Of a DNA stretch of 64,000 nucleotides, positions 14,215-26,997 are shown in pieces; positions within the stretch are counted from its first letter, which is position 1, and the number at the start of each line of letters is the position of its first letter. The position numbers and the translations under genes are program-made. This stretch comes from the human T2T-CHM13v2.0 reference genome, Homo sapiens: assembly GCF_009914755.1 (NCBI RefSeq), contig NC_060947.1; one strand, given 5' to 3'. The notes below the pieces were generated by a model. That model had not been told where the DNA came from and did no database searches. It saw nothing but the letters and a program-made list of their open reading frames with translations.

Positions 14215-14790
14215 TTTTCCCTTTTGCTCCTAAGGGAAAGACTAATACAGTAGCCTGCCCTGTAATGTCCTGCATTTTCTGACCTCTGCCTACTTGTCTA
14301 GCTTCATCATTTGCCATTTCCTCTCTCTCACTCAGTCACTCTGAATGTGTTTTTTCAGTTCCAGGAGTTCAACATGGTTTTCCCCTGTCCAGGACTATTT
14401 ATCAAGTTCTTCTTTCTACCTGGATCATTTCCCCCTCCCCTTCTTAACTTGTTTGACTCCCATTCATCTTGTAGGTTTCAGGCTAGATGTCACTCTTGTT
14501 GGGAGCTTTTAATTACTCAACACATCCCAAATCTGGGTTAGCTGTCCCTCCTCTAATTCCCAACAGCATGCTGTGCTTGCCACTACCATACTACTCACTG
14601 TACTCTTTTGTAAATATCAACTTGTCAGACTCAGGCTCAGTCTTTTTCATTGGACCACAATCTTCATGAGAGCAATAATTATGTCTATATTGTTAATCAG
14701 TGCATACCTTGCACCTAGCACAGCACATGGCACATAGTGGGGTACTCAATAAATCTTTTATTTGAATGAATGAATGAATGAATGAATGAA
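14215..14790 (+). mobile_element. L2a 3' end (continuation of the L2 split by L1MD)
   Basis: GCACCTAGCACAGCACATGGCACATAGTGGGGTACTCAATAAAT followed by the (TGAA)n tail. Confidence 0.85.
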
Positions 14791-15121
14791 CGAAGCAAGC
14801 CTCAGTCCCAAATTACTAGTACTAAAACATGGTCCCTCCTAAACACTCTGTTGCTGTAGCCAAAACTCCCTTCCATCTTTCCTCTTCCTCCTCTGCTCAC
14901 ATCCATCTGTCAAAACATCCTATGGCTCTAGCTTAATTTTCTCACTATCTCTATTACTATCACCATATGCCAAACCACCACTGTCTCTTTATTGAACTAC
15001 TGTAAGAACTTCTGGGCTGGTCTTACTCTTTACCATCCTAACTCATTGCCATAGCCAGGCTCTATGTGATCTTTCCTCAGAAAATTTACACATCTTCTCT
15101 GTGCAAGGCAGAAAGATTGGA

Positions 15122-15123
<2 letters not shown>

Positions 15124-15155
<32 letters not shown>
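15124..15155. repeat. (AC)n microsatellite
   Basis: About 16 AC units. Confidence 0.95.
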
Positions 15156-15157
<2 letters not shown>

Positions 15158-15537
15158 TAAATACACATATATATGTATAGATAGATAGTTTTTTTTAACA
15201 CAAGGGACTTAAAACCCTATATATATTATGGAAGCTAAACTTGAGTCTCTTAAAAAGAGAATGAAAATTAATTAGGTCTGTAAATTCAAGTTGCATGAAA
15301 TTCAAAATGTATAAAACATATAGAGTCCAAATTAGTTTTCATTACACAGGGTCTAAAATCCCTCATTAAAAAAAGATAAATATTCTAACAGTTGAGCTAA
15401 CACAATCATACTTTGGGGAAAATCTGATTGATTAATATAATACTACATTCTAGGGATTCAGAAGCTTTACAAGTTGAGCAAGTTTAGGCCAGCATATTAT
15501 GGTGGGCCTCTAGATCTTTTAAAATCCTTAATTCAGG

Positions 15538-17682
15538 AGACACCAAGAGAGGTGATGTCAACAAGAAGGCGGAACAGAAATTTCCAATGCTTATCCACTC
15601 ACAGAAACATCAATTCAAATAACCATCCACGCACGAAAATACCATCACAAGAGCTAAGGAATCCAGGTGAGAGATTGCTGCACCTCAGTGGAGCACAAAA
15701 ATAACAAAAGATGTATTGAATAGGCTAGAAAAGATAGTTTCATTTTACTTGCATTGCCTTTCTTCCAAGCCCACACAGCAATATGCAGTGCAAGATACTC
15801 TGTGTGTTAGCGAAGCAGAGTGAAGTGTGCACCAGATTTTACTGCAGATCCCAGCACCAGACCCACCCCAGTGAACTCTGGTGCCAGACCAGCCCCCATG
15901 GACTCAGGCTGCAGGCCTGAATCTATGAACCCCAGTGATTGGACCCAAATTCTAGGCCCACCCCAGTGGCCCCAAGCTCCACACCAGCCCCTGTGGACCC
16001 AGGCACAACATCAGACCACCTGAGGACCCTATCAATCAGCCCACCGAGAATCTCTGGATGGGCTTTCCCTGTCAACATCAGTCTGTATAACTGGATGAGG
16101 TGCCTACTTCAAATGAGCAGACACCAAATGCAAGGCTACAAGGATCATAAATTACTTTCTCTTCTGTGTTCTTTGAGAATATTCGGACTCTTGTAACTCT
16201 TGTCAGGCCTGTCTCAATGCAGGGCATAATAGCAGCAACATCAATGCCAAGGCTTTGTAGAAAACTGGGACCAAAATGGATTTAGGAATACACAATATGG
16301 AAAGGATAGTCTCTTCGATAAATGGTGCTGGGAAACTGGATATCCACATGCAGGGGACGAAATTAGACCCTTATATAATACCAAATGCAAAAGTCAACTC
16401 GAAATGGATTAAATACTTATAGGTTAGACCTGACACTGTAAATCTACTAGAAGAAAACAAAGGTGGAAAGCTCAATGACATTGGTCTGGGCAATGATCTT
16501 TTGGATAGAACCCCAAAAGCACAGACAACAAAAGCGAAAACAGACAAATGGGGTTACATCAAACTAAAGAGCTTCTACACAGCAAAGAAAACAATCAATG
16601 GAGAGAACAGACAACCCAAGAAGTGGGAGAAAATATTTGCAAATCGTAGATTTGATGAGAGGCTAACATCCAAAATATATAAGGAATTCAAATAACTCAA
16701 GAGCAAGAAAACCAACAACCCAATTTTTAAAATGGGCAAAGGACTTGAACAGACATTTCTCAAAAGAAGACATATAAATTCTTAGCATCACTAATCATCA
16801 GGGAAATGCAAATCAAGACCATAATAAGATATTATCTCTCACCTGTTAGAATGGCAAAAAATCAAGATAGCAAGCATTGACAGTTATGTGGAGAAAAGAG
16901 AAACTTTGTACACTGTTGGCAGGAACGTAAATTGGTACAGCCATTATGGAAAACAGTATGGAGGTTTCTCAAAAACCTAAAAGTAAAATTACAATATTAT
17001 CCAGCAATCCCACTTCTGGGTATATGTCCAAAGGAAATGAAATCAGTATGTCAAAGAGATAACTGCACTCCCATGTTTATTGCAATACTATTCACAATAG
17101 CCAAGATATGGAATCAACTTAAGTGTCTATCAATGGATGGATTGATAAAGAAAACATGGTATACATGTACAATGAAATAGCCTTCAGCTTCAATAAAGGA
17201 GAAAGTTCTGTTATTTGAGACAAGATGGATGAACCTGGTGGACATTATGCTAAGCGAAATAATCCAGGCAAAAAAGGACAAATATTGTATGATCTCAGTT
17301 ACATGTGGAATCTAAAATAGTGAAACTCATAGAAGCAGAGAGTAGAATGAAGGTTGCTAAAGGACAGAAGATATGGGAAATGGGGAGATGTTGGTCAAAA
17401 TTTATAAAGTTTAAGTTTTGTGAGATAAATAAGTTCTGTAGATCTAATGTACAACATGGTGGTTATAATTAATAATACTGTGCTGCATGCTTGAAATATG
17501 TTCAGGGTATATCTTAAATATTCTCACAACAAATAAAAGGTAACTATGGGAAGTGATGGGCATATTAATTAGTTTGACCATAATAATCATTTCACAATGT
17601 CTATGTATATAAAAACATGGCATTGCACACCTTGTGTACAATTTTTATTGGTCAATTATAGCTCAATGAAGCTGGAAAAAAT
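15538..17682 (+). mobile_element. L1MA9/L1M3-like LINE-1 with both ends but a large internal deletion
   Basis: 5'UTR with short GC-rich tandem units (15850-16010) and ORF2 C-terminus from ~16290. L1MA9-type 3' end. 17-bp TSD with 2 mismatches (15521-15537, 17683-17699). Confidence 0.82.
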
Positions 17683-17771
17683 AAAATTATTAATTCAGGT
17701 CCTCATATCACTACTTTAAACACTTAACTATCTCCCAGAGGAGAGAATAAATGAAAAATTGCCCACATGGA

Positions 17772-18619
17772 GAGGACATGAACAGATAGATGCTTCTCAA
17801 AAGAAGACATTCATGAGGCCAACAAACATGAAAGAAAAAAAGCTCATCATCACTGATCATTAGAAAAATGCAGATCAAAACCATAATGAGATATGATCTC
17901 ACACTAGTCAGAATGGCAATTATTAAAAAGTCAAGAAACAACAGATGCTGGTGAGGTTGCGGAGAAATAGAAATATCTGTACACTGCTGTTCAGAATGTA
18001 AATTAGTTCAAACATTGTGGAAGACAGTGTGGTGATTCCTCAAAGACCTAGAAGCAGAAATACCATCTGACCCAGCAATCTCATTACTGGGTATACACCC
18101 AAAGGAATATAAATCATTCTATTATAAAGACACATGCATGCATATGTTCATTGCAGCACTATCCACAATAGCAAAGACATGGAATCAATCCAAATGGCCA
18201 TCAATGACAGACTGGATAAAGAAAATGTGGTACATATACACCATGGAATACTATGCAGCCATAAAAAGGAATGAGATCATGTCCTTTACAGGAACATGGA
18301 TGGGGTTGGGAGCCATTATCCTAAGCAAACTAATGCAGGAACAGAAAACCAAACACCACATGTTCTCATTTATAAGTGGGAACTGAACAAGGAGAACACA
18401 TGGAAACGGTGGGGGTGGGGATGAACACACTCTCGGGCCTGTCGGGGGTGGGACATGGGGTGGGAGAGCATAAGGAAATATAGCTAATGGATGTTGGGCT
18501 TAATACCTAGATGATGGGATGATCTGTGCAGCAAACCACCATGGCACACGTTTACCTATGTAACAAACCTTCACACCCTGCACATGAACCCTGGAACTTG
18601 AAATAAAAGTTGAAGAAAA
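17772..18619 (+). mobile_element. 5'-truncated older L1PA (about PA13-16)
   Basis: ORF 18138-18386 is the ORF2p C-terminus. Perfect 19-bp TSD GAAAAATTGCCCACATGGA (17753-17771, 18620-18638). Confidence 0.93.
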
Positions 18620-19784
18620 GAAAAATTGCCCACATGGAAAAAAAATTCTCTTAGATCAGATCTTGTTTCCCCAGAGTCATTGCTGAAGTAACAATTCTTG
18701 GAAATCCTTATCAAATACATTGACATGAAAATGAACATTACTTTTCATTAGCCAAATATAAAAACTGTCTACTTTTCCATTAGAATTGTATTCTTCTCTC
18801 TGCCTCCCGCCCCCGCCCTAACACAAATCCCTATTTTTTTAGGCAACTCAATTGCAAATCAGGGACATGTTCCTTTATGTTCCTAAAGTGGAAACAGTAC
18901 TTTGAGACTGGGGTTATAAATATTTAAATCACCACAAGATTTTCCATAGTTGCATTTGAATTGTGGATTCTTTTTAATCTGGTTAAATATTTTGGGTCGG
19001 TCAGTAAACTATACATTTTTGGCAAAGGCAAATATATTTAAAATTTCTACATATAATCAAATAGTCCTTTCCTTAATTTATTTTTCTGTGGCTGGGATCA
19101 AGGCAACAATATCTTTACCACTGCAAGCAGAAATATTATTTTAATATTTGTACAGAGAAAGGAAAACTGCATGTCATGAATTGGGCATCTATATTATCAT
19201 CATGGATGTTAGAAAATGAATTCCCTTTGGTGGTTTTCTGACACCAGTGTTTAACGGTAGCTTTATTATAAGCCATCTCTGTGTAAATAAAGGAAAAACA
19301 TATTTAAACAAGTAGAAATAAATGTGCATGATTCACCAGCACAGTTAACTCAAGATTTTCCAGACTTACAACCACAACTGATAGGAAGATTTATCACCAC
19401 AGCTGCCTGTGTTAAACTTCTTTTCCTTGCAGTTGAAGGAATCAAATTTCTTCTTTGGGATTAGTCATTTGTGGGGGTGTCACCAACTGCAAAATACTTC
19501 TGTTTTGAATGAGGTGCACTTCTCTGTTGCTGTGCTTCAGCCCTAATTTTTCACCCCCTTTTTGGGTCTTTCTCTTTTACATACAGACAAATTTTAATGA
19601 CTTACACAGTCAAGTTTTCTTTAGTTGTTATTCAGACTTAAAACTCCAGGTTGCCTGGTTTGATGGTAATGTGGTTACCTTTCAAGGAAGGATGGGATGA
19701 AATGACATTTTGACCTATGTTCACAAAGATGAAATCTGGGCAAAAGAGAAATTATCCATGGAGTGTGAAAACGGGAAGGGAGCA

Positions 19785-20340
19785 AACATTTCTTGGGTGG
19801 CTATAAATGTGCCAAGCACTGTGCTAGGCTCTCTGTTGAAATTATCTCATCTTGGAGCAGTCCTGCAAGAGGCTAAGGTGATATTCCTGTTTCACATCTG
19901 AGAAAATTGGCTTTCTATGATTGTGCAGCTTATTAGAAGGTGAGCAGATAAAAGAACCCAGACTCAGTCAAGTGCAGCAGCTCACATCTATATTCTCAGT
20001 ACTTTAGCAGGTCAAGGTGGGAGGATCGTTTGAGCCCAGGAGTTTGAGACCAGCCCGGGCAACATGGTGAGACCCTCCTCTCTACAAAAAAAACATTAAC
20101 ATTAGCCAGGCATGATGGCATGGCCTGTAGTCCTAGCTACTTGGGAGATGAAAGGCTCACTTGAGCCTGGGAAGTCAAGGCTGTAGTGAGCTGTGATCAC
20201 GTCACTGCACTCCAGCCTGGACAGCAGAGGGAGATCCTGTCTCAAAAAACAAAACAAAACAAAACAAAACCCAAAACAACAATGACAACAAAAACTCAGA
20301 CACAAATAACTCTAAATCTCTTATGTGTTTTTTTCTCCAT
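19785..20340 (-). mobile_element. MIR interrupted by an AluJ
   Basis: ATGTGCCAAGCACTGTGCTAGG...CCTGCAAGAGG...TTTCACATCTGAGAAAATTG; continues after the Alu. Confidence 0.65.
19967..20280 (+). mobile_element. AluJ with (CAAAA)n tail
   Basis: GGAGGATCGTTTGAGCCCAGGAGTTTGAGACCAGC; J-type right arm. Confidence 0.88.
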
Positions 20341-20416
20341 TTGGCTATATAGCCTCTAGTGTCCTGGAATACAGTTAAACAATACATTTTGTTATGAATA
20401 TACAAGTTAGAGAGAT

Positions 20417-20835
20417 TTTAAAGTAACAGCTTTACTAGGAAATAATTCACATACCATACAATTCACCCTTTAAAATTGTACAATTTAATGGCTTTTTGTA
20501 TTTTCACAGTTGTGCAACTATTACCACAGTAAATTTTAGATTTTCATCACCTCAAAAAGAAGCCCTGTGCACTTTAGCTATTACCTGCATATCACCATAT
20601 CCCCCACTAGCCCTCAGATACCACTAATCTAATTACTGTCCCTATAGATTTGCCTCTTATAAGGACAATTCATATAAACGAAATCATACAATATGCATCT
20701 TTCATGGCTGGCCTCTTAGCATGTTTTCAAAGTTCATCCATTGCTACTCTATGGCATATATTAATACTTCATTCTTTTCTATGGCTGAATAACATTTCAT
20801 TGTATGTATATATCGTGTTTTATTTATCTACCACT
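20417..20835 (-). mobile_element. L1MB-type 3' fragment
   Basis: AACAGCTTTACTAGGAAATAATTCACATACCATACAATTCACCCTTTAAA...CCACTAATCT is a typical L1MB 3'UTR in reverse. Confidence 0.82.
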
Positions 20836-23400
20836 TATAAAGATTTGATGTTATGTTTGAAAAAGAAAATTCTAAAGCTGAAAGAGTCCTCAATGGTTCA
20901 CCTATTATTTTATCTACCTCAATCATGCAACAGTTATTGGGTTTGTCATACTTTTTTCTAAGGGCTCCAGGGAACATGCATCCTGAAACTCGACTAGTAT
21001 TACTTCATAATTTCTGGTAAGCTTTGACTTTGTGGAACCATTTTGATTAATCAGATTTTGTTTGGGCCTATATGGAGGTGGAGGACCTAAACCTGTTAAG
21101 TATCTGTCAATTGAAGAACAATGACAGAACAGTCGAGCAACGAGTGAGATTTCAGTAAATCCACTAGATGTTGGCTTTACTTCATGCCACTTTTACTAGT
21201 TTGGTTTTCATCGAATTGCCTGGTTGTTTTAGCATCATATAGTCTAATTTAGCATATTAGGTTGTATCTAAAATGACAGATGGAACAGCCCGTTAAAAAG
21301 CAAAATAAATTTATGGCCATTCACATGGCATCATAACTGTTTGATTTTAAATTTATCAAAAAAGTACAAAGTGTCTAGCCAATTTGCTTAAAAACTGGCA
21401 AAAATTATTTATGAGGAGATACAGCATAAATGCAAAAATAAGCCACTACTTCTTTCTGTCAAAGCTTCAGTCAATCACCCAGTTACGTTATTTATGAGAT
21501 TAATAGACTATTTAATTATAAGTTTGACTATTGACCAGAAATGGACCAGAATCATTGACGTAATATAACCTAATATAAGCACCTTTCTTCAGGATCCAGT
21601 AGGCTACACAACTTTATCAGCCTTCCTTTGCCTTTATAGGTCCTAAATAAAAAGAGAAGAAGGCTCATATTTAAGCAGTTGTACAAATGTACGGTAGAGT
21701 CTAATACATTTGTACAAACTCTACAAAGTCATGGCTAGAGTTGAACAAGGATTTCTTTAGCATTTATCTTGATTAATTATAGAATATAAGCATTTTGGGA
21801 ACCACTTTAAGCTCTAAAAACACAAGTGTGTTCAAAAATAAGTATACAAAGAGAGTAGTACTAACTAGAACCACCATAGCAGCTCCTTGGGAGAGGTTCT
21901 TTTTTAGGGTAACAACAGCAATTTTTTTGTGACCTACGCTTTGTTGGTACTTGTCACACAAGATGAATGGAATTAATACACAAGATAGGGTTTATGCAAC
22001 TATCATCTAAGAATTCCTCCTCAGATCTCATTTTACAGGCAAACACCTTCTTTGAACTAATGTGCAACAGACCCTCAAATTCCATGTTAAGGTGATTCCA
22101 TCTCATGATAAAAATTCTCTTTCATATGGAAAATACTTTATCATTTTAGAAGTATTATTGCATAAATTATTATTCCTTATACTCATAATTTCTTCTTTTA
22201 AAGCGTTTTATGTATCATAATAAATGTTTTTTCAACATCATTTCTGTAAGTATTGGATTTCCGTCACATCAATTTCTCATAAAAAGGATAAACTGGAAAA
22301 AGAATAAATTATTATTCTTTCCCATCTCCTGTTTCATTGCTTTGTCTTCCATGGTGTACTTTAACAACCCATCTGGCCATTTTTACTCCCAATCCTTACA
22401 CACATTTTTGAGCTTAGCATATGTGTTCTCCCTGAAAATCATGGCCAAGATTGTGATTGTTTTTCTCCTTCTTCCCCATGAGACCCCATATACATTATGT
22501 AACTTATCTAATCCTTCTCATTGCCGTCTTGGCCAACTAGTTCCCAAAGTCTTCTAACACAGCACGTTTATAGGGTACCTGTAACTAGGTCTCTTCCTCT
22601 TCTGTCCTATCCTTCTTTCTCCTACACTAATCCAGTGTTTTCTTGAGTCGATGCTGTCTCTCTTGATCAAAACTTTTCAATCCTTATCTTGATTCCCCTT
22701 TGTAGATTTTCATGCCTTTCTCAGCTCTACTTTGCAAAATCTCCTCTTTTTGGGTTTTGGGTATACAGGGGGAAGCATGAAGAATAATTCCCAGGTGATA
22801 AAGATAAGGAGAGTGATGCCATAATGAGGCATGGAATACTTACTCAAATGTGTTCTGATTTAGCCAACATGTTTGCCTGGAGTTCTGGAGAGAGGCCTAA
22901 GCTGCTCATATAAATTTGGAAGGAAAGAGAAGAGGATGGAACCACAGAATCTTGGTAAACATCAACATTTATGGGACAGGCGGAAGACCTACTTCAGAAA
23001 GCAGTATGAATAAAGGTGGTTAGAGACATAGGAGGAAAGATTTTGCCTTTTCAGTAAGGCCTTTCCTGATGACTTATTTAAAATTTGTAACTCTCTCCCT
23101 GGCATTCTTGTCATTGGTGATTTGGAAAGATGGTTTCAAAGATGTATGGGGTAAAATAGATTTCTGTGAGGTGTGAATCAAATACTGGCGAAGAAGAACA
23201 AATAGCTAATGTAGTTCTCTTGGATATAAAACAGAAGAAGTTACAGGATCTGTTAGAGGGTGATATGGGGGACTTTTAAAGATAGGAGAGAATGGAGAAA
23301 TTTATGGGGTAGGGACCAAAAATCAATAGATTCAAAGCTTATTCAGAATATAGTTGATTGATGGAGAAAGTCACTGAACAGAGGAGTTGCAACCCAGAAT

Positions 23401-23407
23401 ATCTATC

Positions 23408-23463
<56 letters not shown>

Positions 23464-23474
23464 ATCTATCTATC
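23401..23474. repeat. Compound tetranucleotide STR (ATCT)4 ATTT (ATCT)10 ATC (ATCT)2
   Basis: Read directly. Confidence 0.97.
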
Positions 23475-23727
23475 GATTGAGAGAGATGGCTTTTCATTGA
23501 GTAGCTGAAAGGTGCCTTCTTCAATTGAAAAAAGTGGGTAGAAAGGATATAGTATGGCACAAAAGTTTTTTGGTAATGGCAATAGAAAGACTAGAAACCT
23601 CTGCTCTAAGGTCTAGATTTTTTGTGAAAATGAAGGAGTATGCAATGTAGGGGGTTTGAAAAGACTGACAAAAGTTTGAAATACGTTTTGAGAAAATGGA
23701 GGAAAGGTGTTGACAAGGCTAGACCTG

Positions 23728-24272
23728 CAGTGATCTCCAAACTTGAGCTTACATCATAATTGTATGAGGCGCTCATTAAAACACAGAATAGAAAGGACAG
23801 GATGCATTGAGAGACATTCTACAAAATAACTGGTCTGTACTCTTCAAAAGTGTTGAAGTCACAAAACTCTAAGAATGACAGACGAACTGTTCCAGGCAAA
23901 GGAGACCGAAGAGGCACAACGACATAATGCAAAGCCTGACCCAGGATTTTCTTCTGCTATAAATGACATTATTGGGACAATTGGTGAAATCTGCATAAAA
24001 TCTGTGGGTTTGATAACAGTATTGAAATGGTGTTCATGTCCTGGTCTTCATAACTGTATTGGTTACATAAGAGAATGTCCTTGTTTTTAGGAAATACACA
24101 CCAAAGTATTTAATAATGTAAAAAAAAACACACACACACACAGAATACTGAGTCCTACCTCCAGAGTTTTTGATTCAACAGGTCTCGGTGGGGCCCTGAA
24201 ATGTACATTTCTAGCAAGTTACCAGGTGATGCTAAGGCAGTTGGTTCAGGGGATCACATCTTGAGAACCACT
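23728..24272. mobile_element. MER5A (hAT) split by an L1MC4/5-like 3' fragment at ~23791-24128
   Basis: CAGTGATCTCCAAACTTGAG... resumes as ...CCAGGTGATGCT...TTGAGAACCACT; ACACAGAATA is duplicated around the L1 piece. Confidence 0.78.
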
Positions 24273-26785
24273 AGCCAAAGGAGATAGAGAGCAATTGCCA
24301 GTAAGTGTAAAGAAGGTTCAGCTGAAGTTGAATGCTAGCCAACAAGTTTTTGAAATTTTTTTCAAGTAGCTATCAGCAACCTGGGTATAGAGAGTCAGAG
24401 AAGGTAGCTGGTTGGGTTGCTGGGAGTGTTCTGATCTGCAAAGATGAAGAGCAAGCAAATTAAATTAAACGCAAATTAAAAGCAGATTAAATAAAATGTC
24501 AGCCTGGGAGGCACTTAGTTGGTGCTCAATAAATGGTAGCTGTTTTTCTATGCCCATGCAATAGCTTTTGCCAGATTCTGCTGCCCTCAGCAGGACTAGC
24601 TTCATAGTGATGCCATCTGCCCCTGTATTTTTCACTGCAGTCATACCAGGCAGGCCCCCAAATGTCACCTTAGACAGGTGACTCTTCAAATATTGCATAT
24701 AAGTCATAGTGTTTCAGGTCACTCCACCAATGCATAAAAGCTTCCATATTAAACTAAATGGGCAACTGTTGCCTTCTGAATGCCCCAAGCCCCTTACTTG
24801 TACCTGTCTAATGTTAACTAAAGGTTGTTGCTTCATGGTTTTATTATGTATATGCTATGTCCTATGTCGTCAAACGCAGGAATCACATCCCATTTCCATT
24901 TGCCTCACCTGCGAACACTGAAGTCATCTGGTATAGGGGATCGCCTCTGATTCTAATCCCACTATTACATGAGCTCTCTTTAGGTTCACACCAAAGTCAA
25001 AGGCTGTATCTCAAACCAGACAGTATTTGTATAGCCAGTGAAACAAAACTGCATGGAGATCGCTTGTCAGATCACTTGTTCAACTGTTGTTATGTTTTAT
25101 GCACAAATGCATCTCATATCTCTCTACATGTCATATGAGGATATGCCACATTCTTATATAGAGAGAATATATTATATGTTTTGTTAACCTGAACCCAGAC
25201 CATGGCAGCACTTGCTCCCGAAATCACATTGTACTTCAGATACAGGGAACATGCTAGTCTCTATAGTGTTCCAATTTTAACACTGGTGCTGCTGGACTGA
25301 GCACAAACCACATTTAATGCACAGGGTGTGGGGTATGGCTATTTCCTATATATCTAAAGATAAAACCCCTCTCCCATCCCACTAATCTCACTTATGCCTC
25401 ATGTCCTAGTAGCAAAAGCCCCTCAAATTTCATCACTAAAGCAACTCTCCCATAAGCAAAACCTTAGCAGTCAAGGCCCTTCAAACTTCAATATGTATAG
25501 AATGGTTATATACAGTATTTCTATGTGTAAGATTAGTCAGTAACAATAATTGAAGAACTAAGAACATCTCTGGGGAATTGCTTGAATGATTTCCAATTAT
25601 TAACATGGAATAAGATGTCCAGGGTAACATGGGAAAATTATAAGATTTTTATGGAGAACAAAGAGGAGTATTGAGCTAATTTCTAAATAGCATGCATATA
25701 GACTTGTGGACATTGCATATTTTAGAGGCAGCTGTCACTGAGATCACACCTGCCACTTAGCTGCCTGCAGGGACTGTCCTCCAAATAACCCTGGGTAGGT
25801 GGCTGTGCATCCAATTACACCCTGTGAACCAGAGTCCCAGAAATCAACTATGAAAAGTCCCTCCTCAAGTTACACCATTTACAGATGCAATGGAAGCCTT
25901 TTACAGTTTTGTTCTAAGTAGGCCCAATAAGTCTACTTTAACTGAGACAGTTTGCAGTTGAGGTCATCTCCTCAGGAATTTGCTATGGAGTTGCTAAGGG
26001 GGATCAGTTTCCCGGAGCTAAAGTGAACTTTGCTGTTGTAACTTGAGTTGAGGCACATAAGACAGCTGGTGGTCTACCAAAAGGAAGGGAAAGCATGCTG
26101 AACAGAATAAAAGCAGCTGTGGGATTCCCAAACATAGAGTCTACCACATCTGGCACTGGCTGGACTTCCAAATTATCTGGAAGTTTTCCAGGCTGCTGTC
26201 TTCTGATTTCATGATCACCAGTGCTAAACCTCCTGGACCTGGTTCCTCTAATCTTTAGAACCACCAATTCTCATTCGTATGCAACGTGGTTGGTTACAGC
26301 TGGAAACTGCTTTTTCAAGATGTGCATATATGGGCCAAAGTCTCTAGAGATCATCTTACAAAAAGATTACCAACACTTCCCTGTTGGAGACATCTGTCTA
26401 TGTTGACAAAGACAGGTCATGGTGAGCTAGGTTTGAGAAGGTAAGCAGTCTACAGTTATTGGAATGTTTTGGCCATGCAAACGTTTTACCATTCTTTGGG
26501 AGTTTTGTTACATGAAATATCAGAATGGTTAAATAAAACATGAATTTATGAATGCTTGAGGGTGGTGATGGTTAGGAGGGTTGCTACCATTTTGAAAACA
26601 TGGGATAAAAAAAGTAAATCATCAAAATAATTACACTGTACTATGTATTTATGTACATAAGTGATTTTATAATGCATTTACCAGAATCTTAGTGATCCTG
26701 GAGATCCCATCAGCATCCTTTTAAGAAAAGGGGATAAGGGAGAACAAAGTGAGAATGACTCGGGATACTACATATGACACTCTAC

Positions 26786-26997
26786 AGTTCTGTGTTGTCC
26801 AGTGTGGTAGCCATTAGCCACAGGTGGCTATGTAAATTTAAATTAGCATTAAGCAAAATAAAAACCAGCTTCTCAATCACACTGGCTACAATTGAAGTAC
26901 TCAACAGTCACACGTTAGTGAGTATCATATAGGACATTGGAGAATATAGATTTAGAACCTTTCTATAACCTCATGAAGTTATATTGAACAACACTGC
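26786..26997. mobile_element. MER3-like hAT MITE
   Basis: GTTGTCCAGTGTGGTAGCCATTAGCCACAGGTGGCTA...ATTGAACAACACTG. Confidence 0.78.

Larger units (their letters stand above)
22770..24440 (-). mobile_element. Highly decayed L2 hosting the STR, MER5A and an L1MC piece
   Basis: GGAGTTCTGGAGAGAGGCCTAAGCTG..ATAAATTTGGA and purine-rich L2 antisense character. Confidence 0.5.

Noticed and set aside
15850-16010. Short GC-rich direct repeats that resemble a repeat-spacer array
   Set aside because: They are degenerate L1M3-type 5'UTR tandem units with no constant repeat and unique spacers, in a mammalian context. Not CRISPR.
21160-21176. CTCF-like CCACTAGATGTTGG
   Set aside because: It lacks the conserved GGC part of the core, so the match is at chance level.
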